The notes beneath the pieces are model-generated. The model made no database searches. It was not told where the DNA came from and saw only the letters and a program-made list of their open reading frames with translations. DNA of 64,000 nucleotides from Candidatus Eiseniibacteriota bacterium (GTDB lineage Bacteria > Eisenbacteria > RBG-16-71-46). The stretch lies in NCBI GenBank assembly GCA_963717505.1, contig OY970342.1, positions 3,232,001 through 3,296,000 on the forward strand, given 5' to 3'. Position numbers and translations under genes: made by a program. Shown here piece by piece: positions 1 to 10,107 of the stretch. Every line of letters starts with the position of its first letter. Within the stretch, counting starts at the first letter, position 1.

Positions 1-2
1 AC

Positions 3-332
3 TCGCGTGCGGGAATGCCGTTCGTCGCCCATCGTTTGCGAGCCGAAGCGAATCCCGGTTGGGCCGAGTCCTCATGGAACGACCTGGTCGCCGATCTGCG
101 CTCGGACGATGCGTTTGGGCGGACCGGACCGGAAACGATGCTGGTGTTGAGTCTGGGTTCCGCCACCGCGTTCGCCCCGATTCTCGAACGGTTTGGCGAG
201 CGCTGGCAGATCGCATCAAGCCAGCATCCGTCGGAGCGCGCCGCCTGGTTCTGTGAGCGGATCGAATTGACCAGCCGCGCCGACGCGCCGTTGTTTCGTG
301 CCGTCGTCCAGGGCTGGCTCCGCTCCGGCTGA
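3..332 (+). CDS. Hypothetical protein, probably 5'-truncated by the window edge
   Basis: Frame is open from the window start through ORF 15..332; no recognisable motif. Confidence 0.4.
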   Translation, partial: SRAGMPFVAHRLRAEANPGWAESSWNDLVADLRSDDAFGRTGPETMLVLSLGSATAFAPILERFGERWQIASSQHPSERAAWFCERIELTSRADAPLFRAVVQGWLRSG

Positions 333-421
333 GTCGAGAGCGACTCCCGAGCCACGCTACGTATCGTGGCCGGTCGCGCCGGCCGCATGATAGGTTCCGT
401 GGCCAACCCACTGGAGGCCCG

Positions 422-2218
422 GTGTCCCGGACGATCCGCAGGCTTGCGCCCGCCACCGCTTCGCGCATCGCCGCGGGCGAAGTCATCGAGCGACCGTTGT
501 CGGCGCTCAAGGAGCTGCTCGAGAACGCCCTCGACGCGGGAGCGAGCAGCATCGAAGTGCGCATCGAGCGCTCGCTCGACCACGCCCTGTCGGTGGCGGA
601 CGATGGCTCCGGCATCGCCGCGGCCGATCTCGAGCTGGCACTCGAGCGACACGCGACCAGCAAGCTCACGGCGCTCGAAGACCTGGACCGATTGAGCACG
701 CTCGGATTTCGCGGTGAGGCGCTGCCGAGCATCGCCGCGGTCAGCCGCATGCGGATCACCAGCCGAACCGGCGACCGTGACTCGGCGAGCTACGTCGGCG
801 TCGACGGGGGCGAGGTCACCGAGCGGGGCGCGGCACCGCGCGCGCCCGGCACGACGGTCGAAGTTCGCGATCTGTTCTTCAATACCCCCGCGCGGCGGAA
901 GTTCCTCAATCGCCCGGCGGGCGAGCTGCGCTCGGGCCTGCGCCTGGTCGAGTCCTACGCCCTGGCGTTCCCCGAGGTCGGGTTTCGCGTCGTGGTCGAC
1001 GATCGCGAGCGCCTGGCTCTGCCCGCGGCTCGCGATCGCCGCGATCGTGCGCGTGCGATCTGGGGACCACGACACGCAGATCAGCTGATCGCGGCCGGGG
1101 GGGAACGCGAAGGTCTGCGCCTGGACGCCTTGCTCGGCCTCCCCGAGCACGCTCGCGCCAATCGCGAAGGACTGGTGGTGATCGTCAATCGGCGTTGGAT
1201 CCAGAGCCCCATGGTCGGCCAGGCCCTGCGCCAGGCCTACGGCAATCTGTTACCCGCTGGCCGATTCCCGGCGGCGGCACTCTGGTTGACCGTGCCGCCC
1301 GATCGCCTCGACGTCAACGTGCACCCGACGAAACGCGAGGTCCGCTTCGCGGACGATCGCGAGGTATTCGCGCTGGTGGCTGGCACGTGCGCGCGCAGCC
1401 TCGCGGGATTGCACCCGCCGTTCAGCGTGGTCCCGGGCGGACCGGGATCCGGTCGCTGGAGCGATCACGTGCGGGAACGCTCCCATGATGCGGCTTCGCA
1501 CGCTCGGCCCGCCCTGTCCGAGGGCGCAAGCCCGGTGGCGCTGGCGCCCGAGCTGCCGGGCCTCGCGGAGTCGGCGCGGCGGCCGGCGGGCGATCCGGAA
1601 GCGCGGCCGGCCGCAGCGGCCGTGGCCGCCACCCCCGCGATCGGCGTCGAGCCCGAGCTCTGGCAGTTGCATCGGACGTACATCCTGGCCCCGGTGCGCG
1701 GCGCACTGGTCATCATCGACCAGCACGCGGCGCACGAACGGGTGCTCTACGAAGCGGCGCGGGCGCGACTTCAAGGCGCGCGCGGGTCTTCGCAGCAGCT
1801 GTTGTTCCCGGCGCTCGTCGACCTGAGCCGAAGTCAGTACGACCAGTTGCTCGAATTGGGCCCATGGCTCCAGCAGCTGGGATGGGATCTCTCGCTGCTG
1901 GGACCGCCGACCGCCGTGATCCAGGGGACGCCGGCCGAGGTCAAAGACGAGGATCCCGGCGCGTTTCTGGTCGATCTCCTCGAGGGCGTCGCCGAGGACA
2001 CCGCCCGATCGCCGGCCGACGACGTGGCCGAGCACCTGGCGCGCGTCCACGCCTGCCATGCCGCGGTCAAAGCCGGCGACCCGCTGACTCCCGCGGAAAT
2101 GCGGGCCCTGGTGGATCGATTGTTCGCGACCGACCTGCCGCACGGAGATCCCCACGGGCGCGCGACGTTCGTTCGGCTCGAACTCGCGGAACTGCATCGC
2201 CGATTCGGCCGGAGCTGA
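422..2218 (+). CDS. mutL: DNA mismatch repair endonuclease MutL
   Basis: IAAGEVIERP, KELLENALDAG, GFRGEAL GHKL ATPase motifs; DVNVHPTKREVRF; DQHAAHERVLYE endonuclease motif; QQLLFP clamp-binding motif. Confidence 0.97.
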   Translation: MSRTIRRLAPATASRIAAGEVIERPLSALKELLENALDAGASSIEVRIERSLDHALSVADDGSGIAAADLELALERHATSKLTALEDLDRLSTLGFRGEALPSIAAVSRMRITSRTGDRDSASYVGVDGGEVTERGAAPRAPGTTVEVRDLFFNTPARRKFLNRPAGELRSGLRLVESYALAFPEVGFRVVVDDRERLALPAARDRRDRARAIWGPRHADQLIAAGGEREGLRLDALLGLPEHARANREGLVVIVNRRWIQSPMVGQALRQAYGNLLPAGRFPAAALWLTVPPDRLDVNVHPTKREVRFADDREVFALVAGTCARSLAGLHPPFSVVPGGPGSGRWSDHVRERSHDAASHARPALSEGASPVALAPELPGLAESARRPAGDPEARPAAAAVAATPAIGVEPELWQLHRTYILAPVRGALVIIDQHAAHERVLYEAARARLQGARGSSQQLLFPALVDLSRSQYDQLLELGPWLQQLGWDLSLLGPPTAVIQGTPAEVKDEDPGAFLVDLLEGVAEDTARSPADDVAEHLARVHACHAAVKAGDPLTPAEMRALVDRLFATDLPHGDPHGRATFVRLELAELHRRFGRS

Positions 2219-2219
2219 C

Positions 2220-3152
2220 GTGGGGCGTGATTCCCGGCGCGTGTTCGCGCTGCTCGGGGCGACCGCGACCGGCAAGACGGCGGTCTCGGAGTCCGCGGCG
2301 CGGCAGCACGGACTCGAGATCGTGTGCGCCGATGCCCGGCAGGTGTTCGTCGAGCTCGAGCTGGGGACTGGCAAGCCTTCTCCGATCGAGCGTGCCGGGG
2401 TCCCGCATCATCTGTTCGACCTGTGGACACTCGGTGCTCGGGCCAGCGCCGGCGGGTACGCGCGGGCAGCGTCCGCGGCGCTCGCCGGGATTCTCGAACG
2501 CGGTGGACGCCCGTTGCTGGTCGGTGGCTCCGGGCTCTACCTCAGGGCACTGATGCACGGGATCGCCGAAGAGCCCCCGCACGATCCGGCCGTGCGCGCG
2601 CGCCTGAAGGCCGAGGCGGAACGGGAGGGTGTGGCCACGTTGCACGCGCGCCTGCGCAACGTCGACCCCGAAGCCGCCGCGCGTCTGGCGCCGGCCGACG
2701 CGCAGCGCGTGTCGCGGGCGCTCGAAGTGTTCGAGGCCAGCGGCCGCACACAGACCTGGTGGCATCGGCGGCGTCCGGGACGCGGGCTCGAGGTCGAGTG
2801 GCGATCGGTCGAGCTGGTCGCCGATCCGGCGGATTTGGACTCGCGCATCGCGGAGCGCACGGCAGCGATGTTCGCCGGCGGGTTGATCGAGGAGACCGCA
2901 GGTCTGGTCGAGCGAGGCGCCGAGCCCGCCTTGCGCGCGCTCGCCGCCGTCGGCTACGACGAAGCCCTCGATCTGCTCGGCGGCCGACTGTCGCGGTCCG
3001 AAGCCGAGGCGCGGACGACGCGGCGCACGCGACAGCTCGGCAAGCGACAGCGCACGTGGTTCCGGCATCAGGTCACGGCCGAGCGCCTGGCGGTCGGCGG
3101 CCGCGACGCTGCCGACCTCGGAGAACTGGCGGCCGCCCACTGGTTCGGTTAG
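2220..3152 (+). CDS. miaA: tRNA dimethylallyltransferase
   Basis: GATATGKT P-loop, GTGKP, VPHHL, VGGSGLYL, KRQRTWFR; canonical mutL-miaA order. Confidence 0.96.
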   Translation: MGRDSRRVFALLGATATGKTAVSESAARQHGLEIVCADARQVFVELELGTGKPSPIERAGVPHHLFDLWTLGARASAGGYARAASAALAGILERGGRPLLVGGSGLYLRALMHGIAEEPPHDPAVRARLKAEAEREGVATLHARLRNVDPEAAARLAPADAQRVSRALEVFEASGRTQTWWHRRRPGRGLEVEWRSVELVADPADLDSRIAERTAAMFAGGLIEETAGLVERGAEPALRALAAVGYDEALDLLGGRLSRSEAEARTTRRTRQLGKRQRTWFRHQVTAERLAVGGRDAADLGELAAAHWFG

Positions 3153-3180
3153 CCTCCGGGCTCAACCACGTCATTCGTAT

Positions 3181-3256
3181 GCGGGCATAGCTCAGTTGGT
3201 AGAGCGCGAGCTTCCCAAGCTTGAGGTCGCGGGTTCGACCCCCGTTGCCCGCTCCA
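3181..3256 (+). tRNA. tRNA-Gly (CCC)
   Basis: GCGGGCA acceptor stem, anticodon arm CGAGC-TTCCCAA-GCTTG, GGTTCGA T-loop, encoded CCA end. Confidence 0.96.
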
Positions 3257-3315
3257 TTTCTTTCCGCGCGCCGGCACCGCCCTTGGTGGCGACCGGCGCG
3301 CCTGCCGCCCGGTCC

Positions 3316-4626
3316 ATGCCCGCACCCGTCATTGCCATCATCGGCCGACCCAACGTCGGCAAATCTACGCTGTTCAACCGCATCCTGGGCGAGCGACGCG
3401 CCGTCGTCCACGACCGGCCGGGGATCACGCGCGACCGAAACGCGGTGCGCACCGAGTGGACCGGCCGGCCGTTCGTGCTGATCGACACCGGAGGGTTCCT
3501 GCCGGGGGCGGCGGAGGGGCGTGAGGCGCGCGTGCGACGACAAGCCGAGGCGGCGATCGGCCACGCCGACCTGGTGCTGTTCCTGGTCGATGCCAAGACC
3601 GGTGCGACCGACCTCGATCAGGCGATCGCTCAGGCGCTGCGAAAGCACGGGAGCTCCTGCCTGCTGGTGGTCAACAAGGTGGATCGCCCCGGCGATACGA
3701 TCGTGCACGACTTCCATCGGCTGGGCCTGGGCGAGCCGTTCCCGATCTCCGCCGAGAATGGCTTCGGCATCGGCGACCTGCTCGACCAGTTGCTCGGCAT
3801 GCTGCCCGAGCGTGTGACCGAGGAGGAGGCCGACACGCCGCGGATCGCGATCGTCGGCCGGCCCAACGTCGGCAAGTCTTCGTTGGTCAACGCGCTGCTC
3901 GGGGAAGAACGCATGGTGGTCGAGCCCGAACCGGGCACGACCATGGACGCGGTCGACAGTGCGTGGAAGACTCCCGCCGGCGAATTCGTGCTGGTCGACA
4001 CCGCCGGGATCCGCCGCCAGGCGCACTTCCGCGACGAGGCGGAGTTCTATGCGACGGTGCGTGCGCTGCACGCCCTGGAACGCGCCGACGTCGCATGCAT
4101 CGTGGTCGACACCGTCGAGGGCTTCGAGCGCCAGGAGGCGCGACTCGTCCATCAGGCCCTCGAGGCCGGCTGTTCGGTCCTCCTGCTCTTCAACAAGTGG
4201 GATCGGGTCGAGGATCGCGAAGCGCGCTGGAAGCAGATCGGCCGCGATCTCGAGGAGCGCTACCCGACCCTCGGCGCCCTGCCGGCGATGCCGGTTTCCG
4301 CCACCGAGCGCATCCACCTGGGCCGGCTGCCGGCGGCGATCGCGAAACGCGTCGCCGAGCATCGACGGCGGCTGACCACGCCCGAGCTCAACCGCTGGCT
4401 CAAGGAGGTGCAGCTTCGGCGCGCGGTTCCCTCGACGCGCCTCGGCCGGGTTCCGCGTCTCTACTACGTGACTCAGACCGGATCCGGGCCGCCCGAGTTC
4501 ACGTTGTTCGCCAACGAGCCGCGGCGCTTGGGCGACAACTACCGGCGATACCTCTGGTCGGATCTCGTCAGCGCCTTCGATTTCCAAGGCACCCCGGTTC
4601 GTCTTAAGGTGCGCAAGAGCGACTAG
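3316..4626 (+). CDS. der: Ribosome biogenesis GTPase Der (EngA)
   Basis: Two GRPNVGKS P-loops, DTGG/DTAG, NKVD/NKWD, KH-like C-terminus; start set to ATG 3316 because the longer ORF overlaps the tRNA. Confidence 0.97.
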   Translation: MPAPVIAIIGRPNVGKSTLFNRILGERRAVVHDRPGITRDRNAVRTEWTGRPFVLIDTGGFLPGAAEGREARVRRQAEAAIGHADLVLFLVDAKTGATDLDQAIAQALRKHGSSCLLVVNKVDRPGDTIVHDFHRLGLGEPFPISAENGFGIGDLLDQLLGMLPERVTEEEADTPRIAIVGRPNVGKSSLVNALLGEERMVVEPEPGTTMDAVDSAWKTPAGEFVLVDTAGIRRQAHFRDEAEFYATVRALHALERADVACIVVDTVEGFERQEARLVHQALEAGCSVLLLFNKWDRVEDREARWKQIGRDLEERYPTLGALPAMPVSATERIHLGRLPAAIAKRVAEHRRRLTTPELNRWLKEVQLRRAVPSTRLGRVPRLYYVTQTGSGPPEFTLFANEPRRLGDNYRRYLWSDLVSAFDFQGTPVRLKVRKSD

Positions 4627-4668
4627 CCCGGAGTCGCAGGGCAGCGCTCGAGCGCCTAGCATGGGGGA

Positions 4669-5301
4669 GTGGTGATCACGTCGCTGATTGCGTGCCTCGG
4701 CATCGGCTACCTGTGCGGTTCGCTGCCGTGGGGCCTGTGGCTCGGGCTTTGGTTCCGTGGCGTCGACGTGCGCACCCTCGGGTCGGGGAACCTCGGCGCG
4801 ACCAACGTGTTTCGCTCTCTCGGCCGCGGCCTGGGTTTGCTGACCATGGCACTCGACATCCTCAAGGGCACCCTGCCCGTGCTCCTGGTGCCCATGTTGC
4901 CGATCGCGGCTCAGTTCCCGGGCGGTCGCGACTGGTGCGCGATCACGGTCGGGGCCGGCGCGGTGATGGGCCACATGTGGACTTTTCTCGCCGGGTTTCG
5001 CGGCGGCAAAGGCGTGGCGGTCACCGGCGGGGCGCTGCTCGGCCTGTCGTTGTTCGCCTCGGCGGTCGCGATCTCGGTGTTCGTCATGACCGTGGCCATC
5101 ACGCGTTACATCTCGCTCGGCTCGATCATCGGCTCGCTGGCGTTCGCGATCGTTCTGGTCGTTCGTTCGGGCGGCCGCTTCACGCCACTCGCGGTGTTCG
5201 GGTGCCTGGCCGCCCTGCTCATCGTCGTCCGGCATCGCGAGAACATCGGCCGGCTGATGCGCGGCGAGGAACGCCGCTTCTCGTGGTCGGCGCGTTCGTG
5301 A
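4669..5301 (+). CDS. plsY: Glycerol-3-phosphate acyltransferase PlsY
   Basis: GSGNLGATN, LDILKG, FRGGKGVA, RHRENIGRL motifs; der-plsY-gpsA synteny. Confidence 0.96.
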   Translation: MVITSLIACLGIGYLCGSLPWGLWLGLWFRGVDVRTLGSGNLGATNVFRSLGRGLGLLTMALDILKGTLPVLLVPMLPIAAQFPGGRDWCAITVGAGAVMGHMWTFLAGFRGGKGVAVTGGALLGLSLFASAVAISVFVMTVAITRYISLGSIIGSLAFAIVLVVRSGGRFTPLAVFGCLAALLIVVRHRENIGRLMRGEERRFSWSARS

Positions 5302-5338
5302 CCGGGTTGGTCTCGGTCACGGGTCGGATCCGGGTCCG

Positions 5339-6328
5339 ATGAGCCGCATCGCTGTGCTAGGTGCGGGGTCGTGGGGGACCACGTTGGCGGTCCATCTCGC
5401 GAACAACGGCCATGGGGTTTCCCTGTGGGGACGTAGCGCCGATCAGATGTCCCGAATCGAGCAATCCCGAGAGAACGCGAAGTTTTTGCCTGGCATCCGC
5501 CTGCCGGAGCAGGTTAAGGTTCGCGCGGAACTTGAGCATGCGGTCGGCGGCGCCGAGATCGTGGTCTACGCGGTTCCGAGCCAGGCGATTCGCGAGACTT
5601 CGAAACAGGCGGCGGCCGCAGGCGCCGGCGGAATTCCGGTGTGTGTCACCAAGGGACTGGAACATGGAACCCTGGCACGGATGAGCGAGGTCCTGTCGGC
5701 GACGTTGTCCGATCCCGAGCCGGTCGTGCTCACCGGACCGAGTCATGCGGAGGAAGTCAGCCTGGGGATTCCGACCTCGGTGGTCTCGGCGTCCGACCAC
5801 GCCGGTCGGGCCGAGACGATCCAGGCGGCGTTCAACTCGAACCGGTTCCGCGTCTACACCAACGACGACGTCATCGGTTGCGAGGTGGGAGGGGCGCTCA
5901 AGAACGTGATCGCGATCGCCGCAGGGGTTTGCGATGGCATTGGCTTCGGCGACAACACCAAGGGGGCGCTCCTGACGCGCGGGCTGGCCGAGATCGCGCG
6001 CCTGGGTGTCAGTCTGGGGGCGCGCCGCGAGACGTTCTATGGGCTCGCCGGTATGGGCGACCTGATTGCCACGGCGATGAGCCGCCACAGTCGCAACCGG
6101 GCGGTCGGCGAACGCCTCGGGCGCGACGAGTCGCTCGGCCATGTGCTCGCCTCGATGACCATGGTGGCCGAAGGCGTCCACACCGCCCGCGCCGCGCGCG
6201 ACATGGGTCGCAGGCAAGGCGTGGAGCTGCCGATCACCGACCAGATTTGCGCCGTGCTCTTCGAACGACGTGCGCCGCGTGAGGCGCTGCAATCGTTGAT
6301 GGCCCGCGATCCCAAGCGCGAGGACTAG
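5339..6328 (+). CDS. gpsA: NAD(P)H-dependent glycerol-3-phosphate dehydrogenase
   Basis: GAGSWGT, TKGLE, GPSHAEEV, GGALKNVIAIAAG, GDLIATAMSRHSRN. Confidence 0.97.
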   Translation: MSRIAVLGAGSWGTTLAVHLANNGHGVSLWGRSADQMSRIEQSRENAKFLPGIRLPEQVKVRAELEHAVGGAEIVVYAVPSQAIRETSKQAAAAGAGGIPVCVTKGLEHGTLARMSEVLSATLSDPEPVVLTGPSHAEEVSLGIPTSVVSASDHAGRAETIQAAFNSNRFRVYTNDDVIGCEVGGALKNVIAIAAGVCDGIGFGDNTKGALLTRGLAEIARLGVSLGARRETFYGLAGMGDLIATAMSRHSRNRAVGERLGRDESLGHVLASMTMVAEGVHTARAARDMGRRQGVELPITDQICAVLFERRAPREALQSLMARDPKRED

Positions 6329-6350
6329 CGCGCCGACGGAAGGAGGAGAC

Positions 6351-6737
6351 ATGCCCCCGTTCAAGACCGACACCGATGTCCGCCTCTATCGTTCGATCAG
6401 CGATGTCAGCGAGCTGGTCGGCGTGAAGGCGCACGTGCTGCGTTACTGGGAGACCCAGTTCAGCATGCTGCGGCCGCGAAAGAACCGGGCTGGGAACCGC
6501 ATGTATCGGCCCGAGGACGTCAAGCTCCTCCTGCGCATCAAGGAACTGCTCTACGCGCGGCGCTTCACCATCGAGGGCGCTCGCAAGCGGCTGATCGAGG
6601 ACCGGCGCGAGAACCCGCAGGTCGAGCTGGGCCTCGAGGAGCGCACGCCGCCCGCCGAAGCGCCCGCGCCGATGACCAAGATCCTGCTCCACGAGCTGCG
6701 CAACGACTTGCGCCAGCTGCTCGCTCGGCTGAAGTAG
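6351..6737 (+). CDS. MerR-family transcriptional regulator
   Basis: YRSISDVSELVGVKAHVLRYWETQF, RKNRAGNRMY, FTIEGA; followed by tRNA-Pro as in many bacteria; AGGAG RBS. Confidence 0.9.
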   Translation: MPPFKTDTDVRLYRSISDVSELVGVKAHVLRYWETQFSMLRPRKNRAGNRMYRPEDVKLLLRIKELLYARRFTIEGARKRLIEDRRENPQVELGLEERTPPAEAPAPMTKILLHELRNDLRQLLARLK

Positions 6738-6808
6738 TTACAGACTCGGCCGGGTTGCGGTCGGATCGCCGCGAGCATAGATTCCAGCGTCCCTCAGTAT
6801 CGTTAGGT

Positions 6809-6885
6809 CGGGGCGTAGCGCAGCCTGGTAGCGCACCTGCATGGGGGGCAGGTGGTCGCTGGTTCAAATCCAGTCGCCCCGACCA
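6809..6885 (+). tRNA. tRNA-Pro (GGG)
   Basis: CGGGGCG acceptor, anticodon arm CCTGC-ATGGGGG-GCAGG, GGTTCAAATCC, CCA end. Confidence 0.96.
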
Positions 6886-6961
6886 TTTTCCTCTTCCCGT
6901 CCCGGACGTCGCTCCTGCGCACCGGCCGGCCGGTCCTCCCCTCGAGCGTCGTAAGACACGG

Positions 6962-7813
6962 ATGGCACAGCAGCTCGGGTCACCGCTTCGCCTTCTGACT
7001 CAGGGCCTGGCCTACGTTCCCTACGGCCTCGCCTCGGGCGCCAGTCGCGTCCTGACCGAGCGCCAGGCGCGGTCGGCGGCACGGACCATCGCTCGCGGTC
7101 TGTTCGCGCTCCGGCCGCCGGCTCGGCGCCGGCTCGAGCAGAATCTCCGCCGCGTCCTGCCGGCCGCGAGTCCGGTCGAAGTTCGCCGGCACGCGCGCCA
7201 GGCATTCGAGAATTTCGCCGGCGCGTTCGTCGATGTCCTGCGCCTCGATCGTATGAGCCGTGACGCCCTGGCTGGCGCCCTCGAGGTCGAGGGCGCCGAG
7301 CACGTCCGCTCGGCACGAGTCTCCGAGCGTGGCGTCATAGTCCTCTCGGCGCACGCCGGCAATTGGGAGCTGGGGGCGGCGTTCCTGGCCAGCGCCGTGC
7401 CGCGCGTTCATCTGGTCGCCCGCGCGCACCGCAATCCCTGGATCGAGCGCTTCTTCGCTCGGCGGCGCGAGGCCTTCGGCGTCCATGCGCTACGCAGCCG
7501 GCCGCTGTGGCCCGCGGCCGCCACGGCCCTGCGGCGCGGAGAGTGGCTGGCGCTGATGGGCGATCGCGCGGTACCCGGGCGCAGCGCCTCGCTTTGCACC
7601 TTCGCGGCGGCGATGGCGCGCCGGACAGGCGCCTTGTTGCTGCCCGCGACCATGATCTGTCTGGCGGGTGGGCGCTACCGCGTCGCATTCCACGCCCCGA
7701 TCGCTCCCTCGGAGTGGTCGGGCGGCGGCTATCGCAACTGGCTGCGCCGGCTCCTGGTCTCGTCCCCGGGACAGTGGCTGGCGTTCGAGCCGCTGCCGGA
7801 CGCCTGGACGTGA
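6962..7813 (+). CDS. Lysophospholipid/lipid A acyltransferase family protein (LpxL/PatA-like)
   Basis: GVIVLSAHAGNWE (HxxxxE) motif, LRRGEWLALMGDR, C-terminal PGQW; start set to ATG 6962 downstream of the tRNA. Confidence 0.82.
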   Translation: MAQQLGSPLRLLTQGLAYVPYGLASGASRVLTERQARSAARTIARGLFALRPPARRRLEQNLRRVLPAASPVEVRRHARQAFENFAGAFVDVLRLDRMSRDALAGALEVEGAEHVRSARVSERGVIVLSAHAGNWELGAAFLASAVPRVHLVARAHRNPWIERFFARRREAFGVHALRSRPLWPAAATALRRGEWLALMGDRAVPGRSASLCTFAAAMARRTGALLLPATMICLAGGRYRVAFHAPIAPSEWSGGGYRNWLRRLLVSSPGQWLAFEPLPDAWT

Positions 7814-7844
7814 CGGCCGGTCGCGTGCCGCCCGGGAGCGGTCG

Positions 7845-8585
7845 ATGAAGGTCGCGGTCCTGATTCCTGCCTATCAGGCGGCGGCGCACCTGGGCGAGGT
7901 CCTGCTGCGCCTCGCGGCCCTGCGCGGGCCGGATGTCCCCGCGCACATCCTGGTCGTCGACGACGGCTCGCGCGATGCCACGGGCCAGGTCGCGCGCCAG
8001 TTTGGCGCCCGTGTGCACACCTTTGCCGGGAACCGGGGCAAGGGCCACGCCTTGATGGCCGGCTTCGAGTTACTCGGCGAGTACGACGGCGTGATCACGC
8101 TCGACGCCGATGGCCAGCATCCGCCCGAGTGTGTGCCGGATTTCATTCGCGCGGCGACCGCAGGCGCCGACCTGGTGCTGGGCACGCGCATGCGTGCCGG
8201 GGACATGCCGATCGCCCGGCGCTTCGCGAACGGTTTCTCGTCGGGCTGGGCGACGTGGCTCGCCGGCCAGCCGGTCAGCGACAGCCAGTGCGGGTTTCGG
8301 CTCTACCGGCGTTCCCTGCTGCAGGCGACGCCGTTGACGCCGGGTCGCTACGAGGTCGAGAGTGAAGTGGTGGTGCGCGCGGCTCGACTCGGCTTCCGGG
8401 TCGCCGAGGTCTCGATTCCAACGGTCTATGGAGAAGAGCAGAGCCAGATCCGGATCTTCCGCGACGTGCCGCGCATCTTCGGAACGCTCGCGCGCCTGAC
8501 CGCCGAAGGATGGATGCCGCCGGCGGCGATGCGCGAGGCCGCGGTCGCGCGCCGGGCCGGCGGCGTCACGGACTCCGCTCGATGA
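7845..8585 (+). CDS. Glycosyltransferase family 2 (DPM-synthase-like)
   Basis: LIPAYQ, VVDDGSRD, NRGKGHAL, TLDADGQH, DSQCGFRLY. Confidence 0.9.
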   Translation: MKVAVLIPAYQAAAHLGEVLLRLAALRGPDVPAHILVVDDGSRDATGQVARQFGARVHTFAGNRGKGHALMAGFELLGEYDGVITLDADGQHPPECVPDFIRAATAGADLVLGTRMRAGDMPIARRFANGFSSGWATWLAGQPVSDSQCGFRLYRRSLLQATPLTPGRYEVESEVVVRAARLGFRVAEVSIPTVYGEEQSQIRIFRDVPRIFGTLARLTAEGWMPPAAMREAAVARRAGGVTDSAR

Positions 8586-9328
8586 GAATCCTGCTGACCA
8601 ACGACGATGGCATCTTCGCCCCGGCGCTGCGCGCCCTGCGCGACGCGCTCGGCGCGTACGGCCGCGTGATCACCGTGGCGCCCGACCGCGACCAGAGTGC
8701 CACCTCGCATTCGCTCACCCTGCACCGGCCGTTTCGCATCCACCGGCACGATGACGACATCTACAGCGTCGACGGCACGCCGACCGACTGCGTGGTCACT
8801 GCGTTCTACGGCCTGCTCGACGGTCGGCCGGACCTGGTGATCTCGGGGATCAACCACGGCCCGAACATGGGGGAGGATGTCTTCTATTCGGGCACGGTGG
8901 CGGCGGCGATCGAAGGCACGCTGCAGGGGGTGCCGTCCCTCGCGGTCTCGCTGGTCACGCGCGAGCGCGCCGACTTCCTCGAGCCCGCGGCCTTCGTCGC
9001 GCGCCTGCTCGGTCGCGTGCTCGAGCACGGGCTTCCGCGCCGGCAGCTGCTGAACGTCAACCTGCCGTATCGCCCCTGGTCCGAGATCCGCGGCGTCCAG
9101 GTCACACGACTCGGAAGTCGGCGCTACCAAGACACCCTGGTGCGCAAACACGATCCGCGCGGCCGCGAGTACTTCTGGATCGGCGGCGAGGACCCGGTGT
9201 GGGAACCGATGCCGGGCAGTGACTTCCACGCGGTCCACGACGGCTGGATTTCGGTCACGCCGTTGAGCCTCGACCTGACCGACAACGCCGCGGTGGAGAG
9301 CATGAAGGCATGGCCGCTGGTCAAGTGA
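8582..9328 (+). CDS. surE: 5'/3'-nucleotidase SurE
   Basis: MRILLTNDDGI, GTPTDCV, SGINHGPNMG, YSGTVAAA. Confidence 0.97.
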   Translation: MRILLTNDDGIFAPALRALRDALGAYGRVITVAPDRDQSATSHSLTLHRPFRIHRHDDDIYSVDGTPTDCVVTAFYGLLDGRPDLVISGINHGPNMGEDVFYSGTVAAAIEGTLQGVPSLAVSLVTRERADFLEPAAFVARLLGRVLEHGLPRRQLLNVNLPYRPWSEIRGVQVTRLGSRRYQDTLVRKHDPRGREYFWIGGEDPVWEPMPGSDFHAVHDGWISVTPLSLDLTDNAAVESMKAWPLVK

Positions 9329-10005
9329 ACGGCCGCGAGCCGGACCCCGACCCCTTTGCTGCGGCCCGCCGACGCATGGTCGAGGAGCAGCTCGTCGATC
9401 GCGGCATCGAGGACGAACGTGTGCTCGAGGCCATGGCCTGGGCGCCCCGACATCACTTCGTCGAGCCCGCGCTCGAGTCGCGCGCCTACGGAGATCACGC
9501 GTTGCCGACCGCCGAAGGTCAGACCATCTCCCAACCGTGGATCGTCGCGCGCATGCTCGAGCTGGCGCGGCTCGCGCCGGAACATCGCGTGCTCGAAATC
9601 GGCACCGGCTCCGGCTACCAGACGCTGCTGCTGTCGAGGCTGGTCGAGCGCGTGTTCAGCGTCGAGCGGGTGGCATCGCTGCTGCGGGTCGCGCGCGCCC
9701 GACTCGATGCCCTCGGCATCACCAACGTCGCCCTGCGCCACGGCGACGGCAGCCTCGGCTGGCTGGAGTTCGCCCCCTATGATAGGGTCCTGGTCGCTGC
9801 GGCGGCACCCCGCGTTCCCGATGCACTGCGCGAGCAGCTGGGGGAGCGGGGTGTTCTCGTGATACCGGTAGGGAGTTCTCAGCTGCAGCACCTCGAAGTG
9901 TGGTCCCGCGCACCCAACGGCGCGTGGGAACACCGGCGGCACGGGGAGTGCCGCTTCGTCCCGCTGGTCGGTCGCGACGCATGGCGGGATGATCCTCATA
10001 GCTGA
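9325..10005 (+). CDS. pcm: Protein-L-isoaspartate O-methyltransferase
   Basis: GQTISQP, VLEIGTGSGYQ, GDGSLGW..APYD, FVPLV; start at GTG 9325 (overlaps the surE stop) or ATG 9310. Confidence 0.95.
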   Translation: MNGREPDPDPFAAARRRMVEEQLVDRGIEDERVLEAMAWAPRHHFVEPALESRAYGDHALPTAEGQTISQPWIVARMLELARLAPEHRVLEIGTGSGYQTLLLSRLVERVFSVERVASLLRVARARLDALGITNVALRHGDGSLGWLEFAPYDRVLVAAAAPRVPDALREQLGERGVLVIPVGSSQLQHLEVWSRAPNGAWEHRRHGECRFVPLVGRDAWRDDPHS

Positions 10006-10008
10006 CGT

Positions 10009-10085
<77 letters not shown>

Positions 10086-10107
10086 TTTCTCTCCGCATCC
10101 TCCACCC

